36,282 bases of DNA, from contig JAUWRB010000003.1 in NCBI GenBank assembly GCA_030610785.1, positions 1 to 36,282 on the forward strand, given 5' to 3'. The stretch comes from Promethearchaeota archaeon. GTDB lineage: Archaea; Asgardarchaeota; Lokiarchaeia; Sigyniarchaeales; SOKP01. Positions 17,645 through 27,449 of the stretch are shown here, piece after piece. The translations under genes and the position numbers were made by a program. The notes under the pieces are model-generated. The model was not told where the DNA came from. It worked only from the letters and a program-made list of their open reading frames with translations, and ran no database searches. The first letter of the stretch is position 1; each line of letters starts with the position of its first letter.

Positions 17645-18280
17645 ATGAAAAAATTCATATCGCTGCTTTCAGGAGGTTTAGATAGTCCCGTAGCCTCATA
17701 TTTAATGATTAAAAAAAACTTTAAGCCAGTTTTTCTTTCTTTTCTAACTTCTGACGATTTTGAACATACAATGAAAAATAAAGTTGTTCTTATAGTTCAA
17801 AAGCTTAAGAAGTTTGTAAATGATAATGTTAAATTATATCTTATCAATCACGATTTAAATTTAGAAGTTTTTAAAAAAAATTGTGATCGAAAATTGACAT
17901 GTGTTCTATGTAAAAGAATGATGATAAGAATAGCAAAAAAAATTGGACAAAAAGAAAATATTAACATCTTAATAACAGGTGATATTTTAGGAGAACAAGC
18001 TAGTCAAACTCTCGATAATTTATATGCCTACAACGATTTAATAAAGGACATTGTAATATTAAGACCTCTAATTGGATGCAATAAGTTAGAAGTTATAAGC
18101 ATGAATAAAAAGATTGGTTTATATGAAATATGTTCTCAAAATTCAGCATTTTGTCAATACTATCCTCAATTTCCAGAAACTCATGCCAAATCGTTAGAAG
18201 TTATAAACGCCGAATCTAATGTTAAATTGGAGGTTTTAATAAATGAATCCATAAAAAACGCAGAAATTTTAGAATTTTAA
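17645..18280 (+). CDS. thiI: ThiI-like PP-loop tRNA sulfurtransferase, catalytic domain only (no THUMP domain)
   Basis: LLSGGLDSPVA at the very N-terminus, CVLCKRMM, TGDILGEQASQT, RPLIG..K and a third Cys (AFCQ). Confidence 0.8.
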   Translation: MKKFISLLSGGLDSPVASYLMIKKNFKPVFLSFLTSDDFEHTMKNKVVLIVQKLKKFVNDNVKLYLINHDLNLEVFKKNCDRKLTCVLCKRMMIRIAKKIGQKENINILITGDILGEQASQTLDNLYAYNDLIKDIVILRPLIGCNKLEVISMNKKIGLYEICSQNSAFCQYYPQFPETHAKSLEVINAESNVKLEVLINESIKNAEILEF

Positions 18281-18664
18281 TTTTAATTCTCTAATAATGT
18301 TTCTAAATTTATGATCTTCCAATTCTCTTTCTTGATATTTGTTTAAAGCTTCGCAAATAATTTGGGCTATTATGTGTTTGCAAGCATTTTTTTTTCCGTT
18401 TAAGACTTTCTTATAAAAATCAATACAAGAACAATATAATTTAGGATATATTAAATATTCGCCATTTTTTCCCATAGCAATCCATACAACTCTATTAGAT
18501 GGCTTATAAGTGATTTTAGTAATTCCTCTATTAATTACTTCAATAATTTTTACAGATTTATTTGGAAAAATATCTTCTAATTCTTGAATAAGATCCTCGT
18601 CAATTTTTCCCTTTTTTTTAGCTTTTTTATATATCTTTAATAGCAAATCTTTAGACATTAACAT
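18269..18664 (-). CDS. SWIM zinc-finger protein
   Basis: YCSCIDF...ACKHIIA. Confidence 0.85.
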   Translation of the reverse strand: MLMSKDLLLKIYKKAKKKGKIDEDLIQELEDIFPNKSVKIIEVINRGITKITYKPSNRVVWIAMGKNGEYLIYPKLYCSCIDFYKKVLNGKKNACKHIIAQIICEALNKYQERELEDHKFRNIIRELKLKF

Positions 18665-18700
18665 TCAATATTATATTATAATAGATATATAAAAAGGATC

Positions 18701-20008
18701 ATGGATTTGAATAACATTTTATATATACCTACAAGATATTTTCCTTCAATATCTGGTGCCGAATTTTATTTCCAAAGAATGGCTGAGATTTTAAAAGCAA
18801 AATTTGAATATAATATTGATATATATACTTCAAATGCTATAGATTTTAAAGCTTTAAGGGATCCAAAAGGAAAAATTATTGAAGAAAATTCTAAATTCTT
18901 TAATACAGTAAATAATTTGAGAGTAAATAGATCTCCAATTAATTATAGACTATCGTTCCAGGAAAAATTAGATTTTATTAAAAATATTGATTCTTATAAA
19001 TCACTTCACTTATCTGATGATTGTTTAAAAAAATTATTAAAAAATGGTCCTTATTTGGATGGTTTAATTAAGTTGATTTTAAATTCGGATGAAAATGATT
19101 ATGATTTAGTGCATGCGACCTTTTTTCCATATTTTAACTTAATAATAAGTTTAATCATTGCTAGATTTCTAAATAAACCATCTGTTTGTACGCCTTTCTT
19201 TCATTTTTCAAATCCTCGATATTTAGAACCCAATTTAAATGAAGTACTATCCAAATTTGATTTATTGATTGCATGTACTAATATTGAAAAAAAAAAATTA
19301 TTAGAAAAATTAAATATTTCTGAAGAAAAAGTTAAAGTAATTCCAATGGGCGTTGATTATAATATCTTTGAGAGCATTCATAAAACACAGTTCAAGGATT
19401 TTTATTTCAAACAAAAATTTTTCAAGCAAAAAGAGAAAAAGTATAAATTAGTGTTATTTTGTGGATATAAGAATTATGAAAAGGGTTCAATTTCAATATT
19501 AAAAGCAATTCCTTTTATTTTAAAGAAAATAAAAAAGGTTTATTTTGTTTTTATTGGGCCTTCAACAATGGCTTTTAATAGAGAATTATCGAAAATTCAA
19601 AAAATAAAAAATGTTAGAATTATTAATTTTACTCCTGATAACTTGACTGGTTATTTTGACAAGAAAAAATTAACCGCGTTTGAAGAAGCGGATTTATTTT
19701 TAATGCCAAGTCGAAGTGATGCTTTCGGTATTGCTTTTTTAGAGGCTTGGGCTGTAGGAAAACCCGTAATTGGTTGTAATATTGGTGCAACACCTGAAGT
19801 GATACAAAACGATGTAGATGGTTTTTTAGTAGAATTTGATAATCCACGGGATATTGCAGAAAAAGTTGTTAAACTTTTAAAGAGTAAAAAATTAAGAAAC
19901 AGAATTGGTTTGGCTGGCAAAAAAAAGGTTGCTAACAATTATACTTGGGAAATAGTTGCAAATGAAACCCATAAAATATATCAAAATTTAATAAAAAAAG
20001 ATTATTGA
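18701..20008 (+). CDS. Glycosyltransferase family 4
   Basis: PSISGAE, IPMGVD, PSRSDAFGIAFLEAWAVGKPVI and YTWE motifs. Confidence 0.92.
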   Translation: MDLNNILYIPTRYFPSISGAEFYFQRMAEILKAKFEYNIDIYTSNAIDFKALRDPKGKIIEENSKFFNTVNNLRVNRSPINYRLSFQEKLDFIKNIDSYKSLHLSDDCLKKLLKNGPYLDGLIKLILNSDENDYDLVHATFFPYFNLIISLIIARFLNKPSVCTPFFHFSNPRYLEPNLNEVLSKFDLLIACTNIEKKKLLEKLNISEEKVKVIPMGVDYNIFESIHKTQFKDFYFKQKFFKQKEKKYKLVLFCGYKNYEKGSISILKAIPFILKKIKKVYFVFIGPSTMAFNRELSKIQKIKNVRIINFTPDNLTGYFDKKKLTAFEEADLFLMPSRSDAFGIAFLEAWAVGKPVIGCNIGATPEVIQNDVDGFLVEFDNPRDIAEKVVKLLKSKKLRNRIGLAGKKKVANNYTWEIVANETHKIYQNLIKKDY

Positions 20009-20014
20009 TAAAAA

Positions 20015-21235
20015 ATGAAAAAGATCTCTGGAAATTCATATCTAAAAAAAGAAAATGGTATTGTCAAAATTGATTCTATAGTTCTCGATGAATTAATAAA
20101 TAAATTTAAAACTCCTTTTCTAATTTTTATAGAAAATAGGATAAGAGATAATATTAATTCATTCAAAAATATATTTAATTCAATATTTGAAAATTTCCAT
20201 TGTTTTTATTCTTTTAAAGCAAATTTTCTTCCCGATATTTGTAAAATTATAGAATCCGAGGGAATTGGTGCTGAAGTAATAGGATTGCCTGAGCTTAATT
20301 TATCATTAAAAATTGGATTCGATCCTGATAAAATAATTGTTGGAGGCCCGTATCTTCCAATTGAATTGATCGAAAAGAGTATAATAAATAATGTAAGAGA
20401 AATAATAGTTTATAATTTAAATGATTTAAAACGGATTGATGTGATTGCTCAAAAATATGGAAAAGTGCAAAATATCTGTATTAGAATAAATTCCCAAAAA
20501 TATAAAAGTAAATTAGGAATCATTTTTAGCGAAAAGAATTTAACGATTTTAAAAAATATAATTAAAACATCTAAAAACATCAAAATCACTACGATTTTAT
20601 CTCATTATAGCACACAAATGAATAACATTGAACAATTTAAAAATAATATAAAAGCCATCGCAAAAAGTGTAAAAAAAATAAAATCCATTGGGTTAAATAT
20701 TGAAAATTTAAATTTAGGTGGAGGTTTTCCAGAAGCATCAGTAATGCCAATTGCTCAATTAAAAAAAATCGCTTCTGAAATAAATGCAATAATCAATGAA
20801 TTTAATATCAATTATAAAAATATATATTTTGAACCCGGTCGATATTTCGTTGGAGATGCTGGTTTATTTATTTCAGAAATTATTAAAGTTAGTGAAGAGC
20901 GCTGGATATTTTTAAATATTGGAAATCATATTTGCCCAAAATTCGCTAGATGTTCTTTAAGATTTTATAATATATCTCAGATTGACAGAGCTCATAAGTA
21001 TAAGACTTCATTTGCAGGAATTGTTCCTACAGATCAAGATGTTTTGGCTAAGAATTATTTCTTTACTGAGAATTTAACAGAAGGGGATAAAGTCATGGTT
21101 ACAAATGTGGGGGCTTACACGCTAACGTTTTCCAATCGTTTTCCTTATACTTTACCTGAAATCTTTCTCGTTAATGGAAGTAGTCTTAAAAAAATTTTTG
21201 ACCCTTTTAAAAATAATGACTTTTCCTTACAATAA
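20015..21235 (+). CDS. PLP-dependent decarboxylase of the LysA/ornithine decarboxylase (fold III) family, divergent
   Basis: YSFKAN (PLP Lys), SKLG, NLGGGF, EPGRY and GAY motifs; the usual GPxC motif reads GIVP. Confidence 0.8.
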   Translation: MKKISGNSYLKKENGIVKIDSIVLDELINKFKTPFLIFIENRIRDNINSFKNIFNSIFENFHCFYSFKANFLPDICKIIESEGIGAEVIGLPELNLSLKIGFDPDKIIVGGPYLPIELIEKSIINNVREIIVYNLNDLKRIDVIAQKYGKVQNICIRINSQKYKSKLGIIFSEKNLTILKNIIKTSKNIKITTILSHYSTQMNNIEQFKNNIKAIAKSVKKIKSIGLNIENLNLGGGFPEASVMPIAQLKKIASEINAIINEFNINYKNIYFEPGRYFVGDAGLFISEIIKVSEERWIFLNIGNHICPKFARCSLRFYNISQIDRAHKYKTSFAGIVPTDQDVLAKNYFFTENLTEGDKVMVTNVGAYTLTFSNRFPYTLPEIFLVNGSSLKKIFDPFKNNDFSLQ

Positions 21236-21347
21236 TTTAAAAAAAAGTTTCTATTAAGAAATAATATCTGGATATCACATTAATTCTAATTTTAATTTAA
21301 TGATTATTCTAATAAGAAAAGATAATAAAAAAAAAGTGATATTGAGA

Positions 21348-22469
21348 ATGGAATCGTTAATTAGAAACGCCCGTAAGAGAGAAATTATAAGACCTCAGAT
21401 TGAAAAATTTGGCACTGCTAATATTAAGATCATGGGATGTGGTGGAGCAGGCTGCAATACAGTTAATCGCCTAATGAATATCGGAATTAAAGGCGCTAAA
21501 TGCGTTGCGTTAAATACAGATCAGCAGCACCTTAATATGATTGATTCTCACATTAAAATTTTAATTGGAAAGAGTTTAACAAAAGGGTTAGGGGCAGGAG
21601 GCAACCCCGAAATTGGTAGAGACGCCGCAGAAGAATCTCGGGATGAATTAACTAAACTTTTAAGAGAAACTGATTTAGTTTTTATTACTTGTGGAGAAGG
21701 TGGTGGAACTGGAACAGGAAGCGCCCCTATCGTGGCAGAAATTGCTAAATTCGAAGGTGCTATTGTAGTAGGAGTAGTAACTCTCCCTTTTGAGACAGAA
21801 ATAGGTCGTATCGAAATCGCAAAAAATGGTTTAACTCTTTTGAAAAGATTTGTTGATACTTTAATTGTAATTGATAATAATCGTTTATTAGAAATCGCTC
21901 CTGACTTACCAATTAGGGAAGCATTTAGTGTTGCCGATGAGGTTTTAGCGACCATGGTAAAAGGTATTACGGAAACGATTTCTCTACCCTCCTTAATAAA
22001 TTTAGATTTCGCTGATGTAAGGACTATATTAAGTACTGGTGGAGTTGCTATTGTTGGTATTGGAGAATCTAATGGAAAAGAAAATAGAGTAGAAGATGCT
22101 ATTATTGATGCTCTGAATTCACCATTACTCGATGTAGATATTACTGGTGCTAAGGGTGCATTGATTCATATTTGTGGAGGAAATGATATGACATTAGCGG
22201 AAGCTAATTCGGTAGCCAAAAATATCTATAAAAAAATGGATGTGAATAATTCCATGGTAATATGGGGTGCTCGAGTTTCCGACGAATTTGATGGTTATTT
22301 AAGAGTAATGCTTCTTATAACAGGTATTAAATCTCCTCAAATTTTTGGTAATGCTTGTTCAATAAATCAACCGATAAATAACCATGCTTTTAAAAACGCA
22401 AATATTGAACTTAATCCAAGAAAGCTATCAGATGACATTTTTAATATAAAAGAAATTGTTTTTGATTAA
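21348..22469 (+). CDS. ftsZ: Cell division protein FtsZ
   Basis: GCGGAGCN, NTD, GLGAGGNP, GGGTGTG tubulin signature and INLDFAD T7 loop. ATG at 21348 preferred over 21300. Confidence 0.96.
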   Translation: MESLIRNARKREIIRPQIEKFGTANIKIMGCGGAGCNTVNRLMNIGIKGAKCVALNTDQQHLNMIDSHIKILIGKSLTKGLGAGGNPEIGRDAAEESRDELTKLLRETDLVFITCGEGGGTGTGSAPIVAEIAKFEGAIVVGVVTLPFETEIGRIEIAKNGLTLLKRFVDTLIVIDNNRLLEIAPDLPIREAFSVADEVLATMVKGITETISLPSLINLDFADVRTILSTGGVAIVGIGESNGKENRVEDAIIDALNSPLLDVDITGAKGALIHICGGNDMTLAEANSVAKNIYKKMDVNNSMVIWGARVSDEFDGYLRVMLLITGIKSPQIFGNACSINQPINNHAFKNANIELNPRKLSDDIFNIKEIVFD

Positions 22470-22523
22470 TTTATTTTAAATTTTTTTTTATGAGTTTTAA
22501 TACATATTTTTCTAATCACATTT

Positions 22524-22895
22524 ATGGAAAATAAGTATTCTTTAGAAATTCAAAAAGAAATAGACGACATTTTAAATAATATAGATGCTTGGAAAGATTT
22601 ATTTTTCATTAATTATGAATTTTATTACGACGGGTGGGCAATTTTTTTGAAGGAAAAAAATATTTATCCTAGAAAAATTGTGATTTTTAAGTCTTATAGC
22701 AAAAATTCTTATTCAATTAAAAGTTTCGAAATTCATTTTAATAACAATATCAAAAAAGAAAAATTTAAAGAATTATACTCTAAAAAAAATATTGAAAATA
22801 AAATAAAATTATTAAATGAATTAAAAGAAATAATTTATGGAAAAGATTTATTATTTTTGGCTTCAAAGATATATTATAATCAAATCTTGGAGTAA
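22524..22895 (+). CDS. Hypothetical protein
   Basis: 123-aa ORF filling the gap between ftsZ and a convergent gene; no recognised motif. Confidence 0.6.
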   Translation: MENKYSLEIQKEIDDILNNIDAWKDLFFINYEFYYDGWAIFLKEKNIYPRKIVIFKSYSKNSYSIKSFEIHFNNNIKKEKFKELYSKKNIENKIKLLNELKEIIYGKDLLFLASKIYYNQILE

Positions 22896-22899
22896 CGTT

Positions 22900-23457
22900 T
22901 TAAAATTCAGGCTTATAAAACTTCCGAAATTGTTCTCTCTTTTTTTCATTATATTTATTCTCCAGAAATCTTAATACCATATGGTGGGGCATCCCATTTA
23001 ACAACATGCTTACTGCTTTTCGAGCAATTTGTAAATTTTCATAATCTGCGATAATTGAAACCGTTTTCCCATGAACAGAAATAAAGCATCCGGCAAATCT
23101 TTCGATTGCATTCCTCATTTCTCCATTTCTTCCAATAATACGTCCTTTCATCCTTTTTATTCTTTTATCTGATTTTCCTAATATTAATAAAAGGTTAAAA
23201 ATTTCAAGGTCATAAGTCTCTTCTAACAATTTTATGGCTTTTTTTGGATTAAAACCTCTATTAATTGCGTTAATTACTTTTTTAGCAGTTAAAATATTCA
23301 ATGGATTATAATCGGGAGAATCGATAATCGGAGAGATTTCACAATCACCCGTTTTACTATTCAGATCAATTTTAACGCCCAATTTTTTCTCAATTTCTTC
23401 TTTTATCTCTCCATTTTTACCAATAACGACCCCAATTCTGGCTTTTGACACTTTCAT
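22900..23457 (-). CDS. KH-domain pre-rRNA processing protein (Dim2/Pno1 family)
   Basis: Two KH GxxG loops (IGKNG, IGRNG), AINRGF and G..H..V motifs; downstream of rio1. Confidence 0.92.
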   Translation of the reverse strand: MKVSKARIGVVIGKNGEIKEEIEKKLGVKIDLNSKTGDCEISPIIDSPDYNPLNILTAKKVINAINRGFNPKKAIKLLEETYDLEIFNLLLILGKSDKRIKRMKGRIIGRNGEMRNAIERFAGCFISVHGKTVSIIADYENLQIARKAVSMLLNGMPHHMVLRFLENKYNEKKREQFRKFYKPEF

Positions 23458-23503
23458 GGTTTAACAGTATTTTTTTATACTTTTAAGATGATTTATTGTT
23501 TCT

Positions 23504-24352
23504 TTATCTATCAAAATTAATAATGTCATAGTAATAACTTTTAGGATCGGGAGTTACAACTCCTAATTTTTTAAAAAAATTGAAAATATTTTTAATATCT
23601 CTTACCAAATATATTTCTGCTTTTGGATGTTGAATTGAAACTGCTTGAGAAATATCAATCACAATTGGCTTTTGATTATGATACAAAATGTTAAACTCGC
23701 TTAAATCTCCATGAACCAATTTTGCTTTTTGATATAAAATTTTTATAAAAGATAATATTTCCTTAAATAAGTTAATTTTATCTTTTGGATTTTTAATATC
23801 TTTTAGTTTTGGTGCGGGAATTGCTTCAAAACCAATATATTCCATTATTAATATATTACTTTTAATATGTAAAGGCTCTGGGACTCTTAACCCTGCTTTA
23901 TATGCTCTTTTAAGATTTTTATATTCTTTTTTTGCCCATAAATAAATAATCTTTGAAATATTACGGGGAAGCTTCTTAAATCTTGGATCTCCTATGATAT
24001 AATTCCGCATCCATTTTGAAGTGTTACTATCTATTTTATAAATTTTTATTGCGACTTCTTTTCCTTTTTGATCGTACGCTAAATAAACATTGGCTTCTTT
24101 TCCGGCTGAAATAATTCCTTCAATTTTTCCTAAAGGACCATTCACTAATAATTTATTTAATTGAAAAATTGTTCGTTCGTCAAAAACAGATTCTATAGTA
24201 GCACGTTTTTTTGACTGATCAATTTTCCTAATCCTTTTATTATCAATATTTTTTTTTTCTAAATTATCTACATTATAATCTATATTGTCATTTAAATCAA
24301 TATCTAAAAAATCCTCATATTCATCGTCATTATCATCGTTATTTTTTTCCAA
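23504..24352 (-). CDS. rio1: RIO1 atypical Ser/Thr kinase
   Basis: ISAGKEANVY, AIKIYK, WAKKEYKNL, LVHGDLSEFNIL and IDISQAV motifs; acidic N-terminus, TTG start. Confidence 0.95.
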   Translation of the reverse strand: MEKNNDDNDDEYEDFLDIDLNDNIDYNVDNLEKKNIDNKRIRKIDQSKKRATIESVFDERTIFQLNKLLVNGPLGKIEGIISAGKEANVYLAYDQKGKEVAIKIYKIDSNTSKWMRNYIIGDPRFKKLPRNISKIIYLWAKKEYKNLKRAYKAGLRVPEPLHIKSNILIMEYIGFEAIPAPKLKDIKNPKDKINLFKEILSFIKILYQKAKLVHGDLSEFNILYHNQKPIVIDISQAVSIQHPKAEIYLVRDIKNIFNFFKKLGVVTPDPKSYYYDIINFDR

Positions 24353-25282
24353 TTAGACATCCTCAAGGTTTTTTTTTAAAAAATAATTCTTATTATTAAA
24401 AAAATAAGAGTAATCTTTTATCAATTTAGTGTTCTTTTTATTTCTTAATACAATCTTATTTCTAGTTATGTTCTCAACAATGTAATTATTATTTTCTATT
24501 GAAACTATATCTTTTTTTTTAATAGGCAAAAATTTTATAAGCGTCTTTAATCTATAAATTCCCCTCCCTTTTTGAGTATCTCTTCCTACTAACTTTTTTG
24601 ATCTTTTTAAAATAAAATGATAGTTAGTTCTTAAAAAAGAAATGATATAATTCATTAATTCATTTGTACTTAAATAAAGATCTACACCATTCTTTTGATC
24701 TTCTATTTTAACTATGTATTGCTTACTATCTTTTTCAAATATTTTTTCCACAAGTTCATTGGTACCATCTAATATTTTTTTTATTAAATCAAATTGAGTC
24801 TTGTCTTTAACTCTTAGTTGCATGATCGATAAAAAGTAAGTACCTCCTCTCAGATTAGAACAATTCTTACATAATTCATAATTCAGATTTATTTTTATTG
24901 TTTGTTGATGTTTAATCTTTATATCATTTTTCAGAGTTCCGTGGATCGTCAAATCACAAGATATTAATAAATCTTTTGAGGAATATATGAAACTACTTTC
25001 GTTAGGTAATAGGAAAAAATCAATATTATTTTCTTTTAAATAGGATTTTAATAAAAATCTATAGATTGCTTCTTCGATAATTGAAAAAATCTGATTTTTT
25101 TTGGGTTCAATCCATTCTTCTTTCCTTGTATAACTACCGCAATCAAGACAAACTTTAAAAGAAATTTTATCAATCAGTTCAAATAATGGGTGTTCCTTCA
25201 AATAACAATTAAGACACATTCCAAAATGAGGATCATTATCATCTAAAATTTTACCGCATATTGCGCAAAACCTACGAGGCAT
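24353..25282 (-). CDS. nmd3: NMD3-family ribosome biogenesis protein
   Basis: Four CxxC pairs, YFLSIMQLR, GVDLYLS and KLVGRD motifs. Confidence 0.9.
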   Translation of the reverse strand: MPRRFCAICGKILDDNDPHFGMCLNCYLKEHPLFELIDKISFKVCLDCGSYTRKEEWIEPKKNQIFSIIEEAIYRFLLKSYLKENNIDFFLLPNESSFIYSSKDLLISCDLTIHGTLKNDIKIKHQQTIKINLNYELCKNCSNLRGGTYFLSIMQLRVKDKTQFDLIKKILDGTNELVEKIFEKDSKQYIVKIEDQKNGVDLYLSTNELMNYIISFLRTNYHFILKRSKKLVGRDTQKGRGIYRLKTLIKFLPIKKKDIVSIENNNYIVENITRNKIVLRNKKNTKLIKDYSYFFNNKNYFLKKNLEDV

Positions 25283-25578
25283 TAAAACACCATCTTTAAA
25301 GCCATTGGAATACCATTTATGTATTGAAAGCCATTTTTAGAAAGGATTTTATAGTCTATTGCTTTTTTAATTATATTTTCTCCCACGATATTGAAGAATG
25401 ACGCTTCCTTTAGAATTTCAATTGCTTCCTCTAATTTTATTACGTTTCCACCAAAAAATTGATTCGATATTTCAATTCTTAAATTTCCTTCCTTAAAAAC
25501 TTGGTTGAGTAATTCTTCATCGCAACATGCAACAGTTTCCGTGGAATTAAAGTGATGAATTTTAAGGTAAACTTTCAT
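25282..25578 (-). CDS. DUF424 family protein
   Basis: MKVYLKIH...VACCDEELL...FFGG...NIVG...INGIP. ATG at 25578 preferred over 25656. Confidence 0.88.
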   Translation of the reverse strand: MKVYLKIHHFNSTETVACCDEELLNQVFKEGNLRIEISNQFFGGNVIKLEEAIEILKEASFFNIVGENIIKKAIDYKILSKNGFQYINGIPMALKMVF

Positions 25579-25624
25579 TATTTTGTTGCTATTCTTTTTT
25601 AAATTTTCAATAATAATTGTAAAA

Positions 25625-26038
25625 TTATTTCTCTTTAATTTCTTCCCTAACACCACAAGCTGCGCATTTAAGAAACAATTTTTTACTTTCTCTTTGAATT
25701 ACCGTATCAGGTTTATTACAAACGCTACATAATACGTATGTTTTGGTGTAAATTTCAATTAATCGATTTAATACTTGCTCTTTGTAACGACCCTTTAGAA
25801 ATAATTGATTCCCACGAATTTCTCCCATTGTTCCTGCTTTTTGTAAAAATATTCTAAAAAAATGCTTTTTATCTCTATTAAGTGTATTTATAATCTTATT
25901 AAAATTTGTTATATAAGTATTTTTACTTTCGAGATGAAGGATAACTTTAGGAATTTCAAATCTATTCGATTGTTTTATGTTTTCTGGAATTCTTTCGTAT
26001 GCACTTTCTAATAATTTTTCATAATTGTTTAAATCCAT
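25625..26038 (-). CDS. eif2b: Translation initiation factor 2 subunit beta
   Basis: YEKLLESAY, RFEIP, T.ITNF, LNRD and YVLCSVCNKPDT...CAACG motifs. Confidence 0.95.
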   Translation of the reverse strand: MDLNNYEKLLESAYERIPENIKQSNRFEIPKVILHLESKNTYITNFNKIINTLNRDKKHFFRIFLQKAGTMGEIRGNQLFLKGRYKEQVLNRLIEIYTKTYVLCSVCNKPDTVIQRESKKLFLKCAACGVREEIKEK

Positions 26039-26247
26039 ATTAAACTTCTTTTTTTATTTTTCTTATTAAATTAATAAAATAATTTATAGAAAAAGAATTT
26101 TGCAATTTTAAAAGTAAAAATGATTATTTTTGATTAAAAATATTGATATCGTTTAATAAACAATTTAAAATGTCTTATAATGTCGTTGTCTTTTTTCGTT
26201 TTAATAATTAGTTGAGAGGTTACTTATTAGATCTCCAGTTAAAAACG

Positions 26248-26994
26248 CTAATATATTTGGAAAACATTTTCTTCTGATTGATATATTCTTGACTCCATTT
26301 CTAAATCTCTAATATGGCTCCTTAAATCATCTTCGGAAATTTGTGTTATTTTTTTTAATTCTTGAAAACTTATTCCATTTCCATCTAAAGAATTGTCTTC
26401 GATTAAAGTATATATTTTTTCCTTAAGATCATTTAAATTATTACCTTGTTCTTCTTCAAATAGATCTTTTACGTCAATTTCGGCTGAAATTTCATCTATA
26501 ACGATTTCTTCATTCAATATCTCAGGTATTTTTTGGGTCTCACCTGATTTTATCTTTTTTATTATTTCAGCATTTCTTAGCAAAATTAAATTAGGATCTT
26601 CAATTTTTTTTATAATTTCAGGAGATATTGAGATATATTCTTTCCAATGCCGGATTAAACCAATTACATCAATAATATCTCCTTTTTTAAAATTCTTATA
26701 TTTTTCGGGATTTGCGCTCCAAAAAATTGCGCGAATCAAACCAGTACCATCATCTAAATCAAACTCAATCCTAAGATTCGAAGTATCGTCATCTTCTGAA
26801 TATATATCTTCTCTATTAGCTTGAGTGTTAGTAATTTCTCTCTTATCGACTATCGTAGCTATATTCCGAATTCTTTTTAATTTTCCAAAAATTGTAAATA
26901 AAATTTTTTCTTCGCTCAAATATCGCCCTTCTAAAAGATGCTTTATCCAACAACAAATTGCCGAATATCTTTTAAAACTTTTTGTCTCATTCAT
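26248..26994 (-). CDS. RPA2/RPA32-like OB-fold protein with C-terminal winged helix
   Basis: OB fold (LDDGTGLIRAIFW...IDVIGLIR), acidic linker, then winged helix (GISFQEL...IRDLEMESRIYQ). Confidence 0.82.
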   Translation of the reverse strand: MNETKSFKRYSAICCWIKHLLEGRYLSEEKILFTIFGKLKRIRNIATIVDKREITNTQANREDIYSEDDDTSNLRIEFDLDDGTGLIRAIFWSANPEKYKNFKKGDIIDVIGLIRHWKEYISISPEIIKKIEDPNLILLRNAEIIKKIKSGETQKIPEILNEEIVIDEISAEIDVKDLFEEEQGNNLNDLKEKIYTLIEDNSLDGNGISFQELKKITQISEDDLRSHIRDLEMESRIYQSEENVFQIY

Positions 26995-27175
26995 AAAAAA
27001 TTAAACTATTTCATTTCTTTTATATTAATTAATATTAATATTGCATTTTATAAAAAAATTTTAGGTTAAATTTAAATTCTTTAAAAAATTATTTTACTAA
27101 GTAAAGCTTGCCTAGACGGGTTCTTTTAAGAAGATTCCGAATAGTAAATTAAAAATATAGGTTTTTAGATGCTGA

Positions 27176-27280
27176 AGCGGGGTGGGCTAGACAAATATTT
27201 ATCTCAAATATCGGGCAAACCTGGTTTATGCCGCAGGGCTCATAACCCTGAGATCGTTCGTTCAAATCGAACCCCCGCTA
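27176..27280 (+). tRNA. Initiator tRNA-Met(CAT) with a 29-nt D-loop intron (about position 15/16; 27191-27219)
   Basis: AGCGGGG/CCCCGCT acceptor stem with A1-U72; anticodon arm CAGGG-CTCATAA-CCCTG with three G-C pairs; T arm GTTCG-TTCAAAT-CGAAC. Removing the insert restores the D arm GGCTAGCCTGGTTTATGCC (76 nt mature, no encoded CCA). Confidence 0.92.
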
Positions 27281-27449
27281 TATTTCTCTTTTTTAAAATT
27301 TGCTTTATTTAATATAAGCACGAAGAAAATTATTATTTTTAAAAACTAGTTATTTCCCTAATTATTGAGATTAATAAAATTTAAACAATAGCCTTAATTT
27401 TAATTTTTAAATATTTTAATATAGAATAAAAGATAGATTATTAAATTAA

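Noticed and set aside
27100-27175. Possible C/D-box sRNA upstream of the initiator tRNA (CTGA immediately before the tRNA)
   Set aside because: No recognisable box C (RTGATGA) upstream.
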